UHGV virus genome: UHGV-0367640
Strand: one strand, 5' to 3'
From: a virus
Length of the DNA stretch: 26,496 nt
How positions within the stretch are numbered: the first letter of the stretch is position 1; every line of letters starts with the position of its first letter. A program made the translations under genes and the position numbers. The notes below the pieces were generated by a model that was given only the letters and a program-made list of their open reading frames with translations, was not told the DNA's origin and ran no database searches. Below, one piece after another: positions 1-8,901 of the stretch.

Positions 1-803
1 CAGCAAACCCTCAGGAGTTTCAAATAGCTGTTCTTTTTACGGAAATACTTATGAACTGGCTGGAATAAAGTGCAAGAAAATGTGACTACCCTCTCATTTT
101 TATCTGACATGATCTGTTGCCACTCGCTGCCAAATTGTGGCGCTAAAGCTGATTAGCACGGTGATATTTGATACTCTGGCAGACAGCAGAAATAACGGAT
201 TTAACCTAATGATGAATGACGGTAAGCAACAATCTACCTTTTTGTTTCACGATTACGCACAACACCCCTGAGAACCGCCATGAACAAGGGTTTCATGATT
301 TGTGATTTTAGTTTGGTACGCAATTTGGTACACAACACAATTTTCACTTCAGCGGGTAGTCATCAAACTCACCATAACGCACTTCGTTGATGATGTACGT
401 GATCACCAAAAATATCGCATCCGGACTAGTTCCATCTTCATGCGCAGGCATATGTTCATGCCTACCTGTCTGCAAACCAGTAATAAGCCATTACAGGGTG
501 ATAGTGATGCATCAACTACGTTAAGCGCAGAGAAATGATGCAGTGGTGGGCGGATTGGCTTGATGAAAAGGTGGCATAGCGCCACCTACATCCCTGGGCA
601 ATCATCAAACTAACCTGCACGCGCATCGTTGATGATGCACCCATCCCATTTTTTTGATAGGATTAACACGAGAACAGAAAGAATTATATCTAATTGTTTT
701 TAAAGCGGAAATTTTCATACCATCTTTTCCATTACCGTTTTTATATAAATGTAATGAAGTATAGCTTTAAATGATTTAACATCAGGATATTATATAATCC
801 CTA

Positions 804-2003
804 ATGGTCGTGAGCGTTTTTATGTTTGACTTGACGTTTATTATCTTTATTTTATCTTCCATCCCTGTATTTTTTGTTTTTTGGATTGCCGGAAGGTTTA
901 AGAATGAATTAGTTGCAGACTCTTCTTTTGGATTGCGAGGTGATGACAATTTATCTTGCCTCAGGGGGTTGGCGGCTGTCATGGTCGCCCTTCACCATTC
1001 AGTATATATGTTCAATTATCTTTATCATGATAAATGGAGTATATTTTTGAATGATGGATTTGCGGCGAAGTCAAGCAACAATAGTTTATTGGCCATTGCA
1101 TATTTTGGCTCCATTCCAGTCATGATATTCTTTATGATTACAGGGTTTCTCTTCTTTAGAAAAATAATAAACAAACCAATAAACAATGCTGCAATATTTT
1201 TGTCGGCGCGAGTTAAGAGACTAATTCCAATGTATGCATTCATGGTGCTTTGCGTTGTTTGTGTTTCTGAATTAATTCGACCCAACGATAGCATTGGGAT
1301 TCACAACATTATTGTTGAAGTTGGCCGATATTTTACGTTTGGTATAATTGACCCTAATGGCCTTACACCTTCTATTCATGGATCTTTAATCGTTGGCGGG
1401 GTTATCTGGACTCTTGCATATGAGTGGGGTTTTTATATAATTTTACCATATATCTCTATGTTCGTAAAATCAATAAGAGATGCATGTTTTTCGGTAATAA
1501 TTATGCTTTTCTCGGTATTAATTGCTTACCGCCAAGAGCTTATCAGTGAAATGTTTGCCACTCTTCTCTTTTGCTTTATTGGTGGCTTTGTTGCAGCGCT
1601 AGCTTCTGGTTACCTAAAGAACAACGCTATCAAACAAGCCAATAGCGTAATGATGACAATTGTGTACCTTTTATCGCTTATTGCTGTCGCATACTGGCAG
1701 GACTTTAACATTTACAATGTTTACATAGTGATTCCGCTATTTTTGTTTTTTTTAAGTGCGTGTACTGGCTCCAAAGCTTTTCAAATTATAAACACCAAGT
1801 TCTTCAAGGTGGCGGGTTCTGTAAGTTACAGCATTTATTTGATGCATGGCTTAAGCATGGTAATGACCTTTAATTTCATTTCAAGCTCATTAAACTATAC
1901 TGAGTTTGCAGCAATATCTTTATCAATTTGTGCAATGATAAGTTGCTTAACTTACTTATACATTGAAAAACCCGCAATGAAAAAACAGTTTAAAAACAAT
2001 TAG
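804..2003 (+). CDS. Integral-membrane acyltransferase, acyltransferase-3 family (O-antigen/LPS O-acetyltransferase-like lysogenic conversion gene)
   Basis: 399-aa very hydrophobic multi-pass ORF with an N-proximal LRG-LAAVMVALHH motif typical of acyltransferase-3 enzymes; AT-rich by eye; convergent with the tail fiber assembly gene. Start uncertain: ATG 804 or ATG 822, no clear SD; a TATAAT at about 793-798 would favour a downstream start. Confidence 0.7.
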   Translation: MVVSVFMFDLTFIIFILSSIPVFFVFWIAGRFKNELVADSSFGLRGDDNLSCLRGLAAVMVALHHSVYMFNYLYHDKWSIFLNDGFAAKSSNNSLLAIAYFGSIPVMIFFMITGFLFFRKIINKPINNAAIFLSARVKRLIPMYAFMVLCVVCVSELIRPNDSIGIHNIIVEVGRYFTFGIIDPNGLTPSIHGSLIVGGVIWTLAYEWGFYIILPYISMFVKSIRDACFSVIIMLFSVLIAYRQELISEMFATLLFCFIGGFVAALASGYLKNNAIKQANSVMMTIVYLLSLIAVAYWQDFNIYNVYIVIPLFLFFLSACTGSKAFQIINTKFFKVAGSVSYSIYLMHGLSMVMTFNFISSSLNYTEFAAISLSICAMISCLTYLYIEKPAMKKQFKNN

Positions 2004-2011
2004 TTAAAATA

Positions 2012-2041
2012 TTGGTCTCTCAGCAAATGCTGAGTGACCAA
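2012..2041. terminator. Hairpin between convergent genes (candidate bidirectional terminator)
   Basis: TTGGTCTCTCAGC-aaat-GCTGAGTGACCAA, about 13-bp stem with one mismatch, between the acyltransferase stop (2003) and the tfa stop (2047); U-tract is weak on both strands. Confidence 0.4.
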
Positions 2042-2046
2042 TGAAG

Positions 2047-2478
2047 TTAAGCTGGCTTAATAGGCCATTCTATGTCGGGAGCCTTGGTAACATTAATAGC
2101 TTCCAATTCATCAAGATAATCCAGCCATGCACCATACTGATATTTTTCATCATTACGGAGCCGACCCATAGCCGCTTTTCCAGGCCATTGCTTGCTGTTC
2201 ATGTTAGAGTTGGCCTGTTCAATAAGAATCTGCCTCTTGCGTTCTGCTGCTGCTACCTGCTCATCATGAGTTAGTGCTGGTAGTTCACCCCATTCCGGAT
2301 AACCATCTTTTCCAGCGATGCGGACCTTCCCAGTTGGCGGTTCCTTTGTATATTCTGTAAATATATCTTCGTCACATTCAACACCATCAGTAGGCCAGCA
2401 ATTTCCAGAAATATAATCTTCTTTCATTGATGTTGGATAGAAAGCGTTATTTATTGCACTGTACACATATTTTTCCAT
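2047..2478 (-). CDS. Tail fiber assembly protein (Tfa/gpG-like chaperone)
   Basis: 143-aa ORF directly downstream of the tail fiber gene (3-nt spacing); size and sequence character typical of Tfa chaperones; ATG at 2478. Confidence 0.65.
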   Translation of the reverse strand: MEKYVYSAINNAFYPTSMKEDYISGNCWPTDGVECDEDIFTEYTKEPPTGKVRIAGKDGYPEWGELPALTHDEQVAAAERKRQILIEQANSNMNSKQWPGKAAMGRLRNDEKYQYGAWLDYLDELEAINVTKAPDIEWPIKPA

Positions 2479-2479
2479 T

Positions 2480-3175
2480 TTATTTACCTATAGCTATCCA
2501 TCGACAATAAGTTGTATTGCTACCTGATGGCTGGGAACCCATTAAGCTAAAACCAAGACCGGTACTAACGGGTGTAGCAGCAAAAGAAGGAATTGAATTT
2601 ACTGCAGATTCCGCATTATCATACGACACAACAATTTGCACGGTTGAGTAGTTGGTAAATGCAATGGGGAAATTTATAAAAGTGGGAGATCCAATCGCTC
2701 CTGCCACTGAAACACCACGTTGAAAGATAGTTCCATCAGGGTAACGACACCAGCCATTTCCACTTGTAAAGCTAGACATGTCAGGAATTTGATTGGTGCC
2801 GGTCCCTACATTTCTTTTAGCCGCTTCTCCCAAACCAAGGTTTTCGAGAGCCGTTGGTACCGTGCCGTCCGATTTGATATCACCAAACGGATTATTGCGG
2901 CTCAGGTATTCAACAGCAAACCCCGATCCCAGCAATTCAACAAAACCGGGCAGATCACCATTATCAAGCACATCCCGTTGCGTTTTATCACTTACAAACT
3001 GGGCCAGAGCTGCAGCAATAAAGCTGGCCTGCCGAATAACCTTATTGACTTGCGCACTGGATGCTTTCCCTGCTGTAAATCCGGATATAAGCGCAGGCAA
3101 CGCTTCCCATTCCTCCTGCGACATAACATTGGCATTTCGATCAGTTGCAAACGCTTTAAAGTCATTTTTCGCCAT
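2480..3175 (-). CDS. Tail fiber protein (short side fiber)
   Basis: ORF after the baseplate genes, N-terminus MAKNDFKAF... typical of enterobacterial phage fibers. Start chosen at ATG 3175 (ATGA overlap with upstream stop, GGGGAG about 10 nt upstream) rather than ATG 3193 of the ORF track. Confidence 0.6.
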   Translation of the reverse strand: MAKNDFKAFATDRNANVMSQEEWEALPALISGFTAGKASSAQVNKVIRQASFIAAALAQFVSDKTQRDVLDNGDLPGFVELLGSGFAVEYLSRNNPFGDIKSDGTVPTALENLGLGEAAKRNVGTGTNQIPDMSSFTSGNGWCRYPDGTIFQRGVSVAGAIGSPTFINFPIAFTNYSTVQIVVSYDNAESAVNSIPSFAATPVSTGLGFSLMGSQPSGSNTTYCRWIAIGK

Positions 3176-3855
3176 CAGAGTAATACTCCCCATGCCCCTA
3201 CATCAAAACCACTGATGAATTCGTTATCCATATCAAAACCAAAAAATTTAGAGCCTTCCGATGGAGTTTCCACCGAAGGTGTTTCAATGCCCCCCGCCCA
3301 TACCCCGGCGGCTTTTACTGTTAGATACCCCTGTTTAATTGCCGCAATTAACTCACGCGATACATCTGAAATATCAGTATCAGGAAAGACCCAGACCGAT
3401 ATCGTCATGTCCTGGTTATCGACTATCTGCATTCGCAGCCCGGATCCTGCTGTTGCAGCGTCAAGAATTGCTGGAAGCGAATCATTCCGTCCGTCCCAGT
3501 TATTAATCGCAATCTTCGCTTTAAGGATGACACGATAAGTTTCATCGCTGAGGTACATGTATCCGGAATCAGGATCGTATGGCCCCTGCCATACACCCTG
3601 ATCATATCCAAGCCCGTCGGTATCCCAGCTGAAATAGACACCTGAGATAGGCTGGCTGACAACACGGCTACGTCCGATCCACAATCCCAGAATGTCAAGT
3701 TGCACACCAACCGCAGAGTCAATATCAAATGCAGTAATCAGCCCTCTGGTGGCCGCCGCAACATCAATAAGCGGCCGGGTCATCAGATCAACATGTGCAA
3801 GAAATTTAGGTTTGGTGGCGTGGTAGTTCGTGATTAGTTCGGTATATTTGCTCAT
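3175..3855 (-). CDS. Baseplate/tail protein (Mu gp48-like position)
   Basis: 226-aa ORF between the baseplate J-like gene and the tail fiber gene; ATGA overlap at both ends; product assigned by position and size. Confidence 0.5.
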   Translation of the reverse strand: MSKYTELITNYHATKPKFLAHVDLMTRPLIDVAAATRGLITAFDIDSAVGVQLDILGLWIGRSRVVSQPISGVYFSWDTDGLGYDQGVWQGPYDPDSGYMYLSDETYRVILKAKIAINNWDGRNDSLPAILDAATAGSGLRMQIVDNQDMTISVWVFPDTDISDVSRELIAAIKQGYLTVKAAGVWAGGIETPSVETPSEGSKFFGFDMDNEFISGFDVGAWGVLL

Positions 3856-5051
3856 GACTCCACCGTTATAACGATATTTTCCGGTGTACAGGACGCAGAT
3901 TCGTTGTATCTGATATCAATGTTTGATGACGACAAAGCCCCCGGGGATTTCCCAATCGTCAGTTCCTGAATATCGTAATAGCGTGCATTCCCGCCACTCA
4001 CCACGCCAAGATTCGCCGGTGAGTAAATGCGACTTAAAAGGACCGAATCACCAATCATCAGACTATTGATATAGTCGGAAATAGCCTGCTGGATCTGCTG
4101 CCCTATCTGTGAGGTATAACCCGTAAAAACTTTTAATTTAATCCGGGCATAAACAGGCACATCACTAGAGCGCGAGAATTTGATTACATGGGGATTGCCG
4201 TATTTATCCGGAACCGTAACGGATGTTGTACCGTGAGTGGATGTCCCCTGGCCTTTATTCCCTCTGATAGCCTGAGCAATATCCGTCACATCACCGCCAT
4301 CCACAATTACAGCAACAGAGTGTGGCGGTAACCCGTTACCGTCCTCCGAACCAGTATCGTTTTCATAGAGTTTGTGGCGGGTTACACCGGCAACATTAGA
4401 AACAGCACCATCCAGTGCTTCAAATGGGGTTATTGATGGCAACGCAACACTTTGCGACTGACGGATACGTAACTCCGCATCAGTTTCTGCCGGAGTGCCC
4501 ACAGTGGCTGCAGCAGGATTGGTTACCGAAACCCAGCCACGGGTTGGTGTATTAATTTCAGTGATAGTTCCAGCCAGCGCCGCCACTGCACCACTGACGG
4601 AACATATTGCGGTCACCATCACTGTACCATCCACGCCGACCACCACTGAAGCAGGCAAACGCCATATCACATTATTACTGTCTTTCACGCTGCCATTAAT
4701 GATGGTTGTTCCGGCAGTTCCTGTAAGAAGCAAATCAACCGTAGAGTTCGTCGCGCCTTTACGTGAAATACCATTTATTTTCACGTTACTGGTCAGTGCA
4801 ACCCCATAGCCGGTTGCCGGTGAAAAACAGTTGTAGACAGTTATCGCCATATTATTGGCATCATGAATCGCCAGCGCCATCAGAGCCACCATCTGGCCGT
4901 CTTTGCTGTCCGGTTCGAGGTAGGCATCACTGCCATAAATCTGCTGAAAATAGCTAATCAGGGTGCTGAGTATCGTCTGATAATCAGGCGCACCGATCCC
5001 CTCCGCGGTTACCTTTGCAGATAAACCGAGAGAATCAAGGTTCAGAGCCAT
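3852..5051 (-). CDS. Baseplate J-like protein (Mu gp47 / P2 gpJ family)
   Basis: 399-aa ORF, size and position typical of baseplate wedge J-like proteins; translationally coupled to neighbours. Confidence 0.65.
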   Translation of the reverse strand: MALNLDSLGLSAKVTAEGIGAPDYQTILSTLISYFQQIYGSDAYLEPDSKDGQMVALMALAIHDANNMAITVYNCFSPATGYGVALTSNVKINGISRKGATNSTVDLLLTGTAGTTIINGSVKDSNNVIWRLPASVVVGVDGTVMVTAICSVSGAVAALAGTITEINTPTRGWVSVTNPAAATVGTPAETDAELRIRQSQSVALPSITPFEALDGAVSNVAGVTRHKLYENDTGSEDGNGLPPHSVAVIVDGGDVTDIAQAIRGNKGQGTSTHGTTSVTVPDKYGNPHVIKFSRSSDVPVYARIKLKVFTGYTSQIGQQIQQAISDYINSLMIGDSVLLSRIYSPANLGVVSGGNARYYDIQELTIGKSPGALSSSNIDIRYNESASCTPENIVITVES

Positions 5052-5404
5052 TACGCCTCCGATGTAACAGTCGTTATTCCATAGAGAGTGTCGATTTCAG
5101 CGGAAAACATGACACGTCGGGTCGTGGTATCCACCGTCGTATTGAAAGAGAGGATTGATTTAACGCCCCGCGTTTCGAGGATGCGCTTACGGACGGCCAG
5201 GTTGTAGGTTTCCGGCTTCTGCTTACCGAGTACGGACTGGATCCACGGAGTCCCCTCGGTGGTGTCGAGAAACCATTGCCCATACCACAATTCGAATCGC
5301 GTTTTTACCGCCTGTGCCACGGCATCCGGTGAGTTAATCAGCCAGGTGTCATCACCGCTGCCAAAGGTGTAATCGCCATCGGCGTCTTCACGTCTGTATC
5401 GCAT
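5051..5404 (-). CDS. Small baseplate protein (Mu gp46 / gpW-gp25-like)
   Basis: 117-aa ORF between spike-like and J-like genes; ATGA/TAATG coupling. Confidence 0.5.
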   Translation of the reverse strand: MRYRREDADGDYTFGSGDDTWLINSPDAVAQAVKTRFELWYGQWFLDTTEGTPWIQSVLGKQKPETYNLAVRKRILETRGVKSILSFNTTVDTTTRRVMFSAEIDTLYGITTVTSEA

Positions 5405-6156
5405 CAGTTTACCCCGTCGGTACTGCTTCCACCGCGCTGAACACCACCATGAGTGTGCGTATTATCGATTGGCTTGCCGTTAGCCTTCACGCTACCCAAA
5501 AACTCAACAACACCAGTGATTTTTGAAGCCACACCAGAAACAACAGACCCCACCATGCCCCCCATCCAGGTTAACAGGCCATGAATGGTTACTTTCTCAG
5601 AAAAATCAGCCAGAGGGGCAACCACATCAAGACCACCCGGAGCGACAATTTTAATTTTCCTGGTATCAGGATTAAGCTCAAAATAGGTGCTGCCATCGTC
5701 ACTACGCAACTGTGTGGCACTGGTATTAATACCGCTAATCTTCCTCGCCTGCGACTGGGGGCCTACAATACAAAACGCATCCGATAAATCATGCATTCTG
5801 TCATCGACCGGTTCCTGTATTCCGCCGCTCTGCCACCAGAAATCAATACAACGATCGGCAAAAACGACAAGACACTCATCCCCGGCTTTAATCGGAAACG
5901 TTAGCGTACATCCTCCGCCACGTGGGAATACCACTGGAACATCCACCAGCAATGGGTAATTTTTGGTAATGCGGTTGCCGTCATTATCCTTTTCAACCGA
6001 ACGGATAGCAGGCTGCACAACCGCCGTCACCGCATCAGGATCGAATGACTGAATAATGCCAGGCAAGGCGACTCGGATCTGATTCTTTGTTGTTTCCCGT
6101 TCAGATTTGAATGTTTCGGCAAGGTCGCCGCTGCGGGTCTGGTCAGATACTGCCAT
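5404..6156 (-). CDS. Baseplate assembly protein V / spike-like (Mu gp45-like)
   Basis: ORF with Gly-rich C-terminal region; start refined to ATG 6156 (GGAG 8 nt upstream) instead of TTG 6177 of the ORF track. Confidence 0.55.
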   Translation of the reverse strand: MAVSDQTRSGDLAETFKSERETTKNQIRVALPGIIQSFDPDAVTAVVQPAIRSVEKDNDGNRITKNYPLLVDVPVVFPRGGGCTLTFPIKAGDECLVVFADRCIDFWWQSGGIQEPVDDRMHDLSDAFCIVGPQSQARKISGINTSATQLRSDDGSTYFELNPDTRKIKIVAPGGLDVVAPLADFSEKVTIHGLLTWMGGMVGSVVSGVASKITGVVEFLGSVKANGKPIDNTHTHGGVQRGGSSTDGVN

Positions 6157-6174
6157 TTGGTAGGCTCCAGAAAG

Positions 6175-6204
6175 CAAAAAACCCGCCGAATGGCGGGTTT
6201 TGTT
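6175..6204. terminator. Rho-independent terminator (bidirectional)
   Basis: AAAAA-AACCCGCC-GAAT-GGCGGGTT-TTTGTT: perfect 8-bp GC-rich stem, 4-nt loop, A-run and T-run flanks; 17 nt downstream of the stop of the 131-aa gene. Confidence 0.7.
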
Positions 6205-6220
6205 AATTCACTGAATGAGT

Positions 6221-6616
6221 TTAAACAGCTTCATCAGTCTTCATTTTTTCCCACTGAGAAAAAATAGTCTTAACCTCTAAGAGAGATTGCTGTGCCATTG
6301 CTTTATCTATTGCACAGCTAGTGAGGTCATAATCTGCTTCATTTCGAGCCAGTCTCTGTTGCTCAAGTTTGTAAGCCATGGATTTTAGGCTTAATGGATC
6401 ATATGGCTCCAGTTTGTTTTCACTCTTATTTTTAAGATAAGAGATAAGACTGGAATGATGATCCTTCGTATAAGCAGGAAGACTGGTCAGATTCTCTTTT
6501 ATTTCATGGTAAAGCGCATAATATGCCCGCGAAATAGTATTACGATAACCAACTTCAGAATCCTCCGCAAAGCAACGCTCCGCTGAAGATAAAAACTCAG
6601 AGCTAGTTATAGGCAT
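6221..6616 (-). CDS. Small HEPN-like protein (putative toxin/RNase-fold component of an accessory cassette)
   Basis: 131-aa ORF, ATG 6616 with AAAGGGTG RBS about 5 nt upstream; overlaps the upstream gene by 14 nt; N-terminal ...ISRAYYALYHEI... resembles the conserved helix of classical HEPN domains and fits Rx6H; AT-rich by eye. Fold assignment is by motif only. Confidence 0.45.
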   Translation of the reverse strand: MPITSSEFLSSAERCFAEDSEVGYRNTISRAYYALYHEIKENLTSLPAYTKDHHSSLISYLKNKSENKLEPYDPLSLKSMAYKLEQQRLARNEADYDLTSCAIDKAMAQQSLLEVKTIFSQWEKMKTDEAV

Positions 6617-7373
6617 ATTTACACCCTTTCAAGCTATTTCTTTCAACGGAAAAACGTGCAATAAGATTGCAATCATCAAGTAAATCGATTGAACAAATTT
6701 CATCTGCAAGTCGCATATTCATTGCAACCACCTGTTCAGGGGATGCATTAACTACCTCAACCAGATAAGTCCCACCAGATGCACCGTTGATGTCAGCACG
6801 ATATTCAGTTGGAGGGAATTCAGCCATGACTCTATGAACAGCAAGAGCAACTTGCATGTATTGTTCTGAAGAGCATCCTGACTTTTTGTATGCTTCATCC
6901 ATATCGTGAATTACCTCCTGCAAGAAGGCTTCTGCGTCATCCCTATGTTCTTCTTGGGATAACATTTTGCAATGACGTCCAAAATATTCTACGCATTTTG
7001 ATAGTTTCCCTACCAAATACGCAACGCCACCAGCCCTATAAGTAAACCACTTGGTTGGATACTTATCAGCTAAAGAATAGATGTAGTAGTCCGATTTTTC
7101 GAGTAGAGAAAAACGCTCAAGCAGCTTACAAAAAATCCGCGCAAAGTTAACATCAGCATGTGGGAGGATAGCTTCAAGCATTTCAATCCCGACACTCACA
7201 TCACCTTTAGCAATATGAGCCAAAGCTACAAGCGTGTCAGCAGGCGGAGTACGCTTAGAGCCATACTCCGAGACCACCTCTCGAAAGGTCCAAATATCAA
7301 GAGGTTGACCACTATTGATTATCTTAACCAACTGGTCAAAACGCTCTTCCGCTTTCAGTTTTGGTCTTGCCAC
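6603..7373 (-). CDS. Hypothetical protein, first gene of the accessory two-gene operon
   Basis: 256-aa ORF, apparent GTG start at 7373 about 23 nt downstream of a predicted sigma70 promoter; no motif recognised; AT-rich. Confidence 0.55.
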   Translation of the reverse strand: MARPKLKAEERFDQLVKIINSGQPLDIWTFREVVSEYGSKRTPPADTLVALAHIAKGDVSVGIEMLEAILPHADVNFARIFCKLLERFSLLEKSDYYIYSLADKYPTKWFTYRAGGVAYLVGKLSKCVEYFGRHCKMLSQEEHRDDAEAFLQEVIHDMDEAYKKSGCSSEQYMQVALAVHRVMAEFPPTEYRADINGASGGTYLVEVVNASPEQVVAMNMRLADEICSIDLLDDCNLIARFSVERNSLKGCKYAYN

Positions 7374-7402
7374 AGTACGCTCGCTACTTATCTTTTGGTT
7401 GA

Positions 7403-7432
7403 ATTTTATGTTCGCGTATACAGTTTAGTCAA
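7403..7432 (-). promoter_or_regulatory. Sigma70-like promoter for the two-gene cassette
   Basis: On the minus strand TTGACT (7432..7427), 18-bp spacer, TAAAAT (7408..7403), about 30 nt upstream of GTG 7373, in the only sizeable intergenic gap of the tail module. Confidence 0.45.
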
Positions 7433-7464
7433 TCCGAAGCTCGTGCTGTTGAGCCGTTTCGCAC

Positions 7465-7488
7465 AAAATCATCCTTGCAAAAAGGATG
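7465..7488 (-). terminator. Weak hairpin plus T-run after the secreted-protein gene
   Basis: Minus strand CATCCTT-tttgc-AAGGATG followed by ATTTTG, immediately after the stop at 7494. Confidence 0.3.
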
Positions 7489-7493
7489 GGACT

Positions 7494-7835
7494 TCAACCA
7501 TCAACCTTTTTACACGGGAAAGATCCGATGATTTTCGGTGCATCCATGCTGTTCTGCAGAAGCTGGACGTTCAGGAAACGCGTTTCGGTGCCAGGGCGAC
7601 GAATGTATTCAAAGCCATAATTGTTGCCATCTTTAGCAGGCATAAGCCCCATATCAATCTTAATGCCATCAGCACCAAGATTTGTAATTTTCTGCGATGT
7701 GACGCGTTCACCGTTAATCATGTCCATTTCACCCAACCTTGCAGTGATGGTGTAAGGCCCACAATAAGCGGTGTACCCGCTTGCTGATGCCCCAAATGAC
7801 ATAAAGGCAACAATTAAAATGGCTAAGGCTTTCAA
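7494..7835 (-). CDS. Small secreted (signal-peptide) protein of unknown function
   Basis: 113 aa; N-terminus MKALAILIVAFMSFGASA|SGYT is a type-I signal peptide; two Cys in the mature part; TTG start at 7835 with GGGGG about 5 nt upstream, no in-frame ATG before an upstream stop; 2 nt after the hub gene stop. Confidence 0.5.
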   Translation of the reverse strand: MKALAILIVAFMSFGASASGYTAYCGPYTITARLGEMDMINGERVTSQKITNLGADGIKIDMGLMPAKDGNNYGFEYIRRPGTETRFLNVQLLQNSMDAPKIIGSFPCKKVDG

Positions 7836-7837
7836 AT

Positions 7838-8899
7838 TTACCCCCGATTAAGCGAGTCCTGAGTGCGGAGATCCGCCGCGCCACGCGCTTCGCACATCAT
7901 ATCCATGTACCACGCCTGGCCCCTTGTATCGCCAGTGTACATAATCCCGCGCACAATATAAACGCCATCCGTTGCGATGCTGGCAGGTTGTGCTGTGGTG
8001 CCGCTTAGCGTGATATTTCCGTCCGTGTTCTGGTCGGTGATCTGACCACCAGCCATCGCAATATCGTTGTTCGACAACGCGGTACGATAGACGGAAGCCT
8101 GATCCAGCTGAATGAGCCCGTTAACCCGGATGTTCGGATTAATAAGAGCGCGGACGTTTACGCCGTTGCCGATGGTCTGCTGCGGCATGCCGATAAGCCC
8201 GGTGGCGCTGCTGAGCACAATCGCGTCGTGAACATACTCGTTATTCGCCACCATCTGGCGCTGACCGTCCACAAATTGCCATGTTGCGCCACATTGTCCG
8301 GCCACGTTATCCATAAGATGCCGTGTCATGCCGAACAGCACCCGCCCTCGAGGGAATACGGTAGCAGGCATTTCAGGCGTCAGTCCTTCGGTCGCGCCTT
8401 TGGCCTCAAAGTCTTTCATCAGCGCACGGTTCACATCTGCGACCGTGTAACCGGCCGCCAGCGTCTGCGAGGTTATACTGGTGGCAAATGCCAGATCCGT
8501 ATCTGCTGCCTGAATCAGGACATAGGAATCAATAGGGCTGTCTTTTCCTGTGACCGAGTAGCGAATTTCTCCGCTGAAAATCAACCCGTAGTTGCGGCCA
8601 TCACTCTGGCCCACATCTGCCGCGTCGACTTCGCGCACGGTCACGACGTCGCTTGCCGCCACCTCCGGCGCGATACCGTCGTAACCGGCAATCAGCCGCA
8701 CTTTCGAAAACTCCTGCCCGGTAATTCGGTTCACAGTATCTGCCGAGAGGTTATAAATTTTGATAGTTCCTACCCGGGACGCGCTGCTGATGTTGAACCA
8801 GTCGATCGTAAAGGTGACTTTGAAATCACTTAGCTCAATTCCCTGACCGTTCCCGTCCACAAGCTGCAGCTCGAAATGTCTCATCCAGTTCTGTGACAT
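7838..8899 (-). CDS. Baseplate hub / late-control-D-like tail protein (Mu gp44-like position)
   Basis: 353-aa ORF, ATG 8899 with GGAG 5-6 nt upstream; product by position and size. Confidence 0.5.
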   Translation of the reverse strand: MSQNWMRHFELQLVDGNGQGIELSDFKVTFTIDWFNISSASRVGTIKIYNLSADTVNRITGQEFSKVRLIAGYDGIAPEVAASDVVTVREVDAADVGQSDGRNYGLIFSGEIRYSVTGKDSPIDSYVLIQAADTDLAFATSITSQTLAAGYTVADVNRALMKDFEAKGATEGLTPEMPATVFPRGRVLFGMTRHLMDNVAGQCGATWQFVDGQRQMVANNEYVHDAIVLSSATGLIGMPQQTIGNGVNVRALINPNIRVNGLIQLDQASVYRTALSNNDIAMAGGQITDQNTDGNITLSGTTAQPASIATDGVYIVRGIMYTGDTRGQAWYMDMMCEARGAADLRTQDSLNRG

Positions 8900-8901
8900 G
8901 C

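Noticed and set aside
302-585. ORFs 302..538 (+) and 403..585 (-) in the left flank
   Set aside because: Short, mutually overlapping, without RBS and with implausible composition; the region is better described by the repeated palindromic elements.
1-800. tRNA gene or attachment-site core at the left end
   Set aside because: No T-arm/acceptor-like sequence (GGTTCGAATCC-type, CCA end) was recognisable by eye; no integrase is in the window, so the prophage boundary cannot be placed.
1-3200. Invertible tail-fiber segment (Gin/Pin-type host-range switch)
   Set aside because: No DNA invertase gene and no second, inverted copy of fiber/tfa genes are present; the inverted repeats in the left flank are too short and not positioned around the fiber genes.
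2720-3538. Long plus-strand ORFs (2720..3538, 2793..3215) antisense to tail fiber and baseplate genes
   Set aside because: They lie entirely within minus-strand genes that show operon coupling; they have no RBS and low-complexity Ser/Pro/Arg-rich translations typical of antisense shadow ORFs.
6603-7373. Possible MNT-type nucleotidyltransferase motif (GS...D) in the 256-aa protein, which would make a classical HEPN-MNT pair
   Set aside because: Only a GS followed by a single Asp was found (EYGSKRTPPADT); the DxD/E signature is absent, so the assignment is not supported.
8228-8833. Plus-strand ORF inside the hub gene, and similar antisense ORFs at 10830..11578, 17536..18237 and 20178..20627
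   Set aside because: Same reasoning: antisense or alternative-frame shadows within well-supported structural genes.
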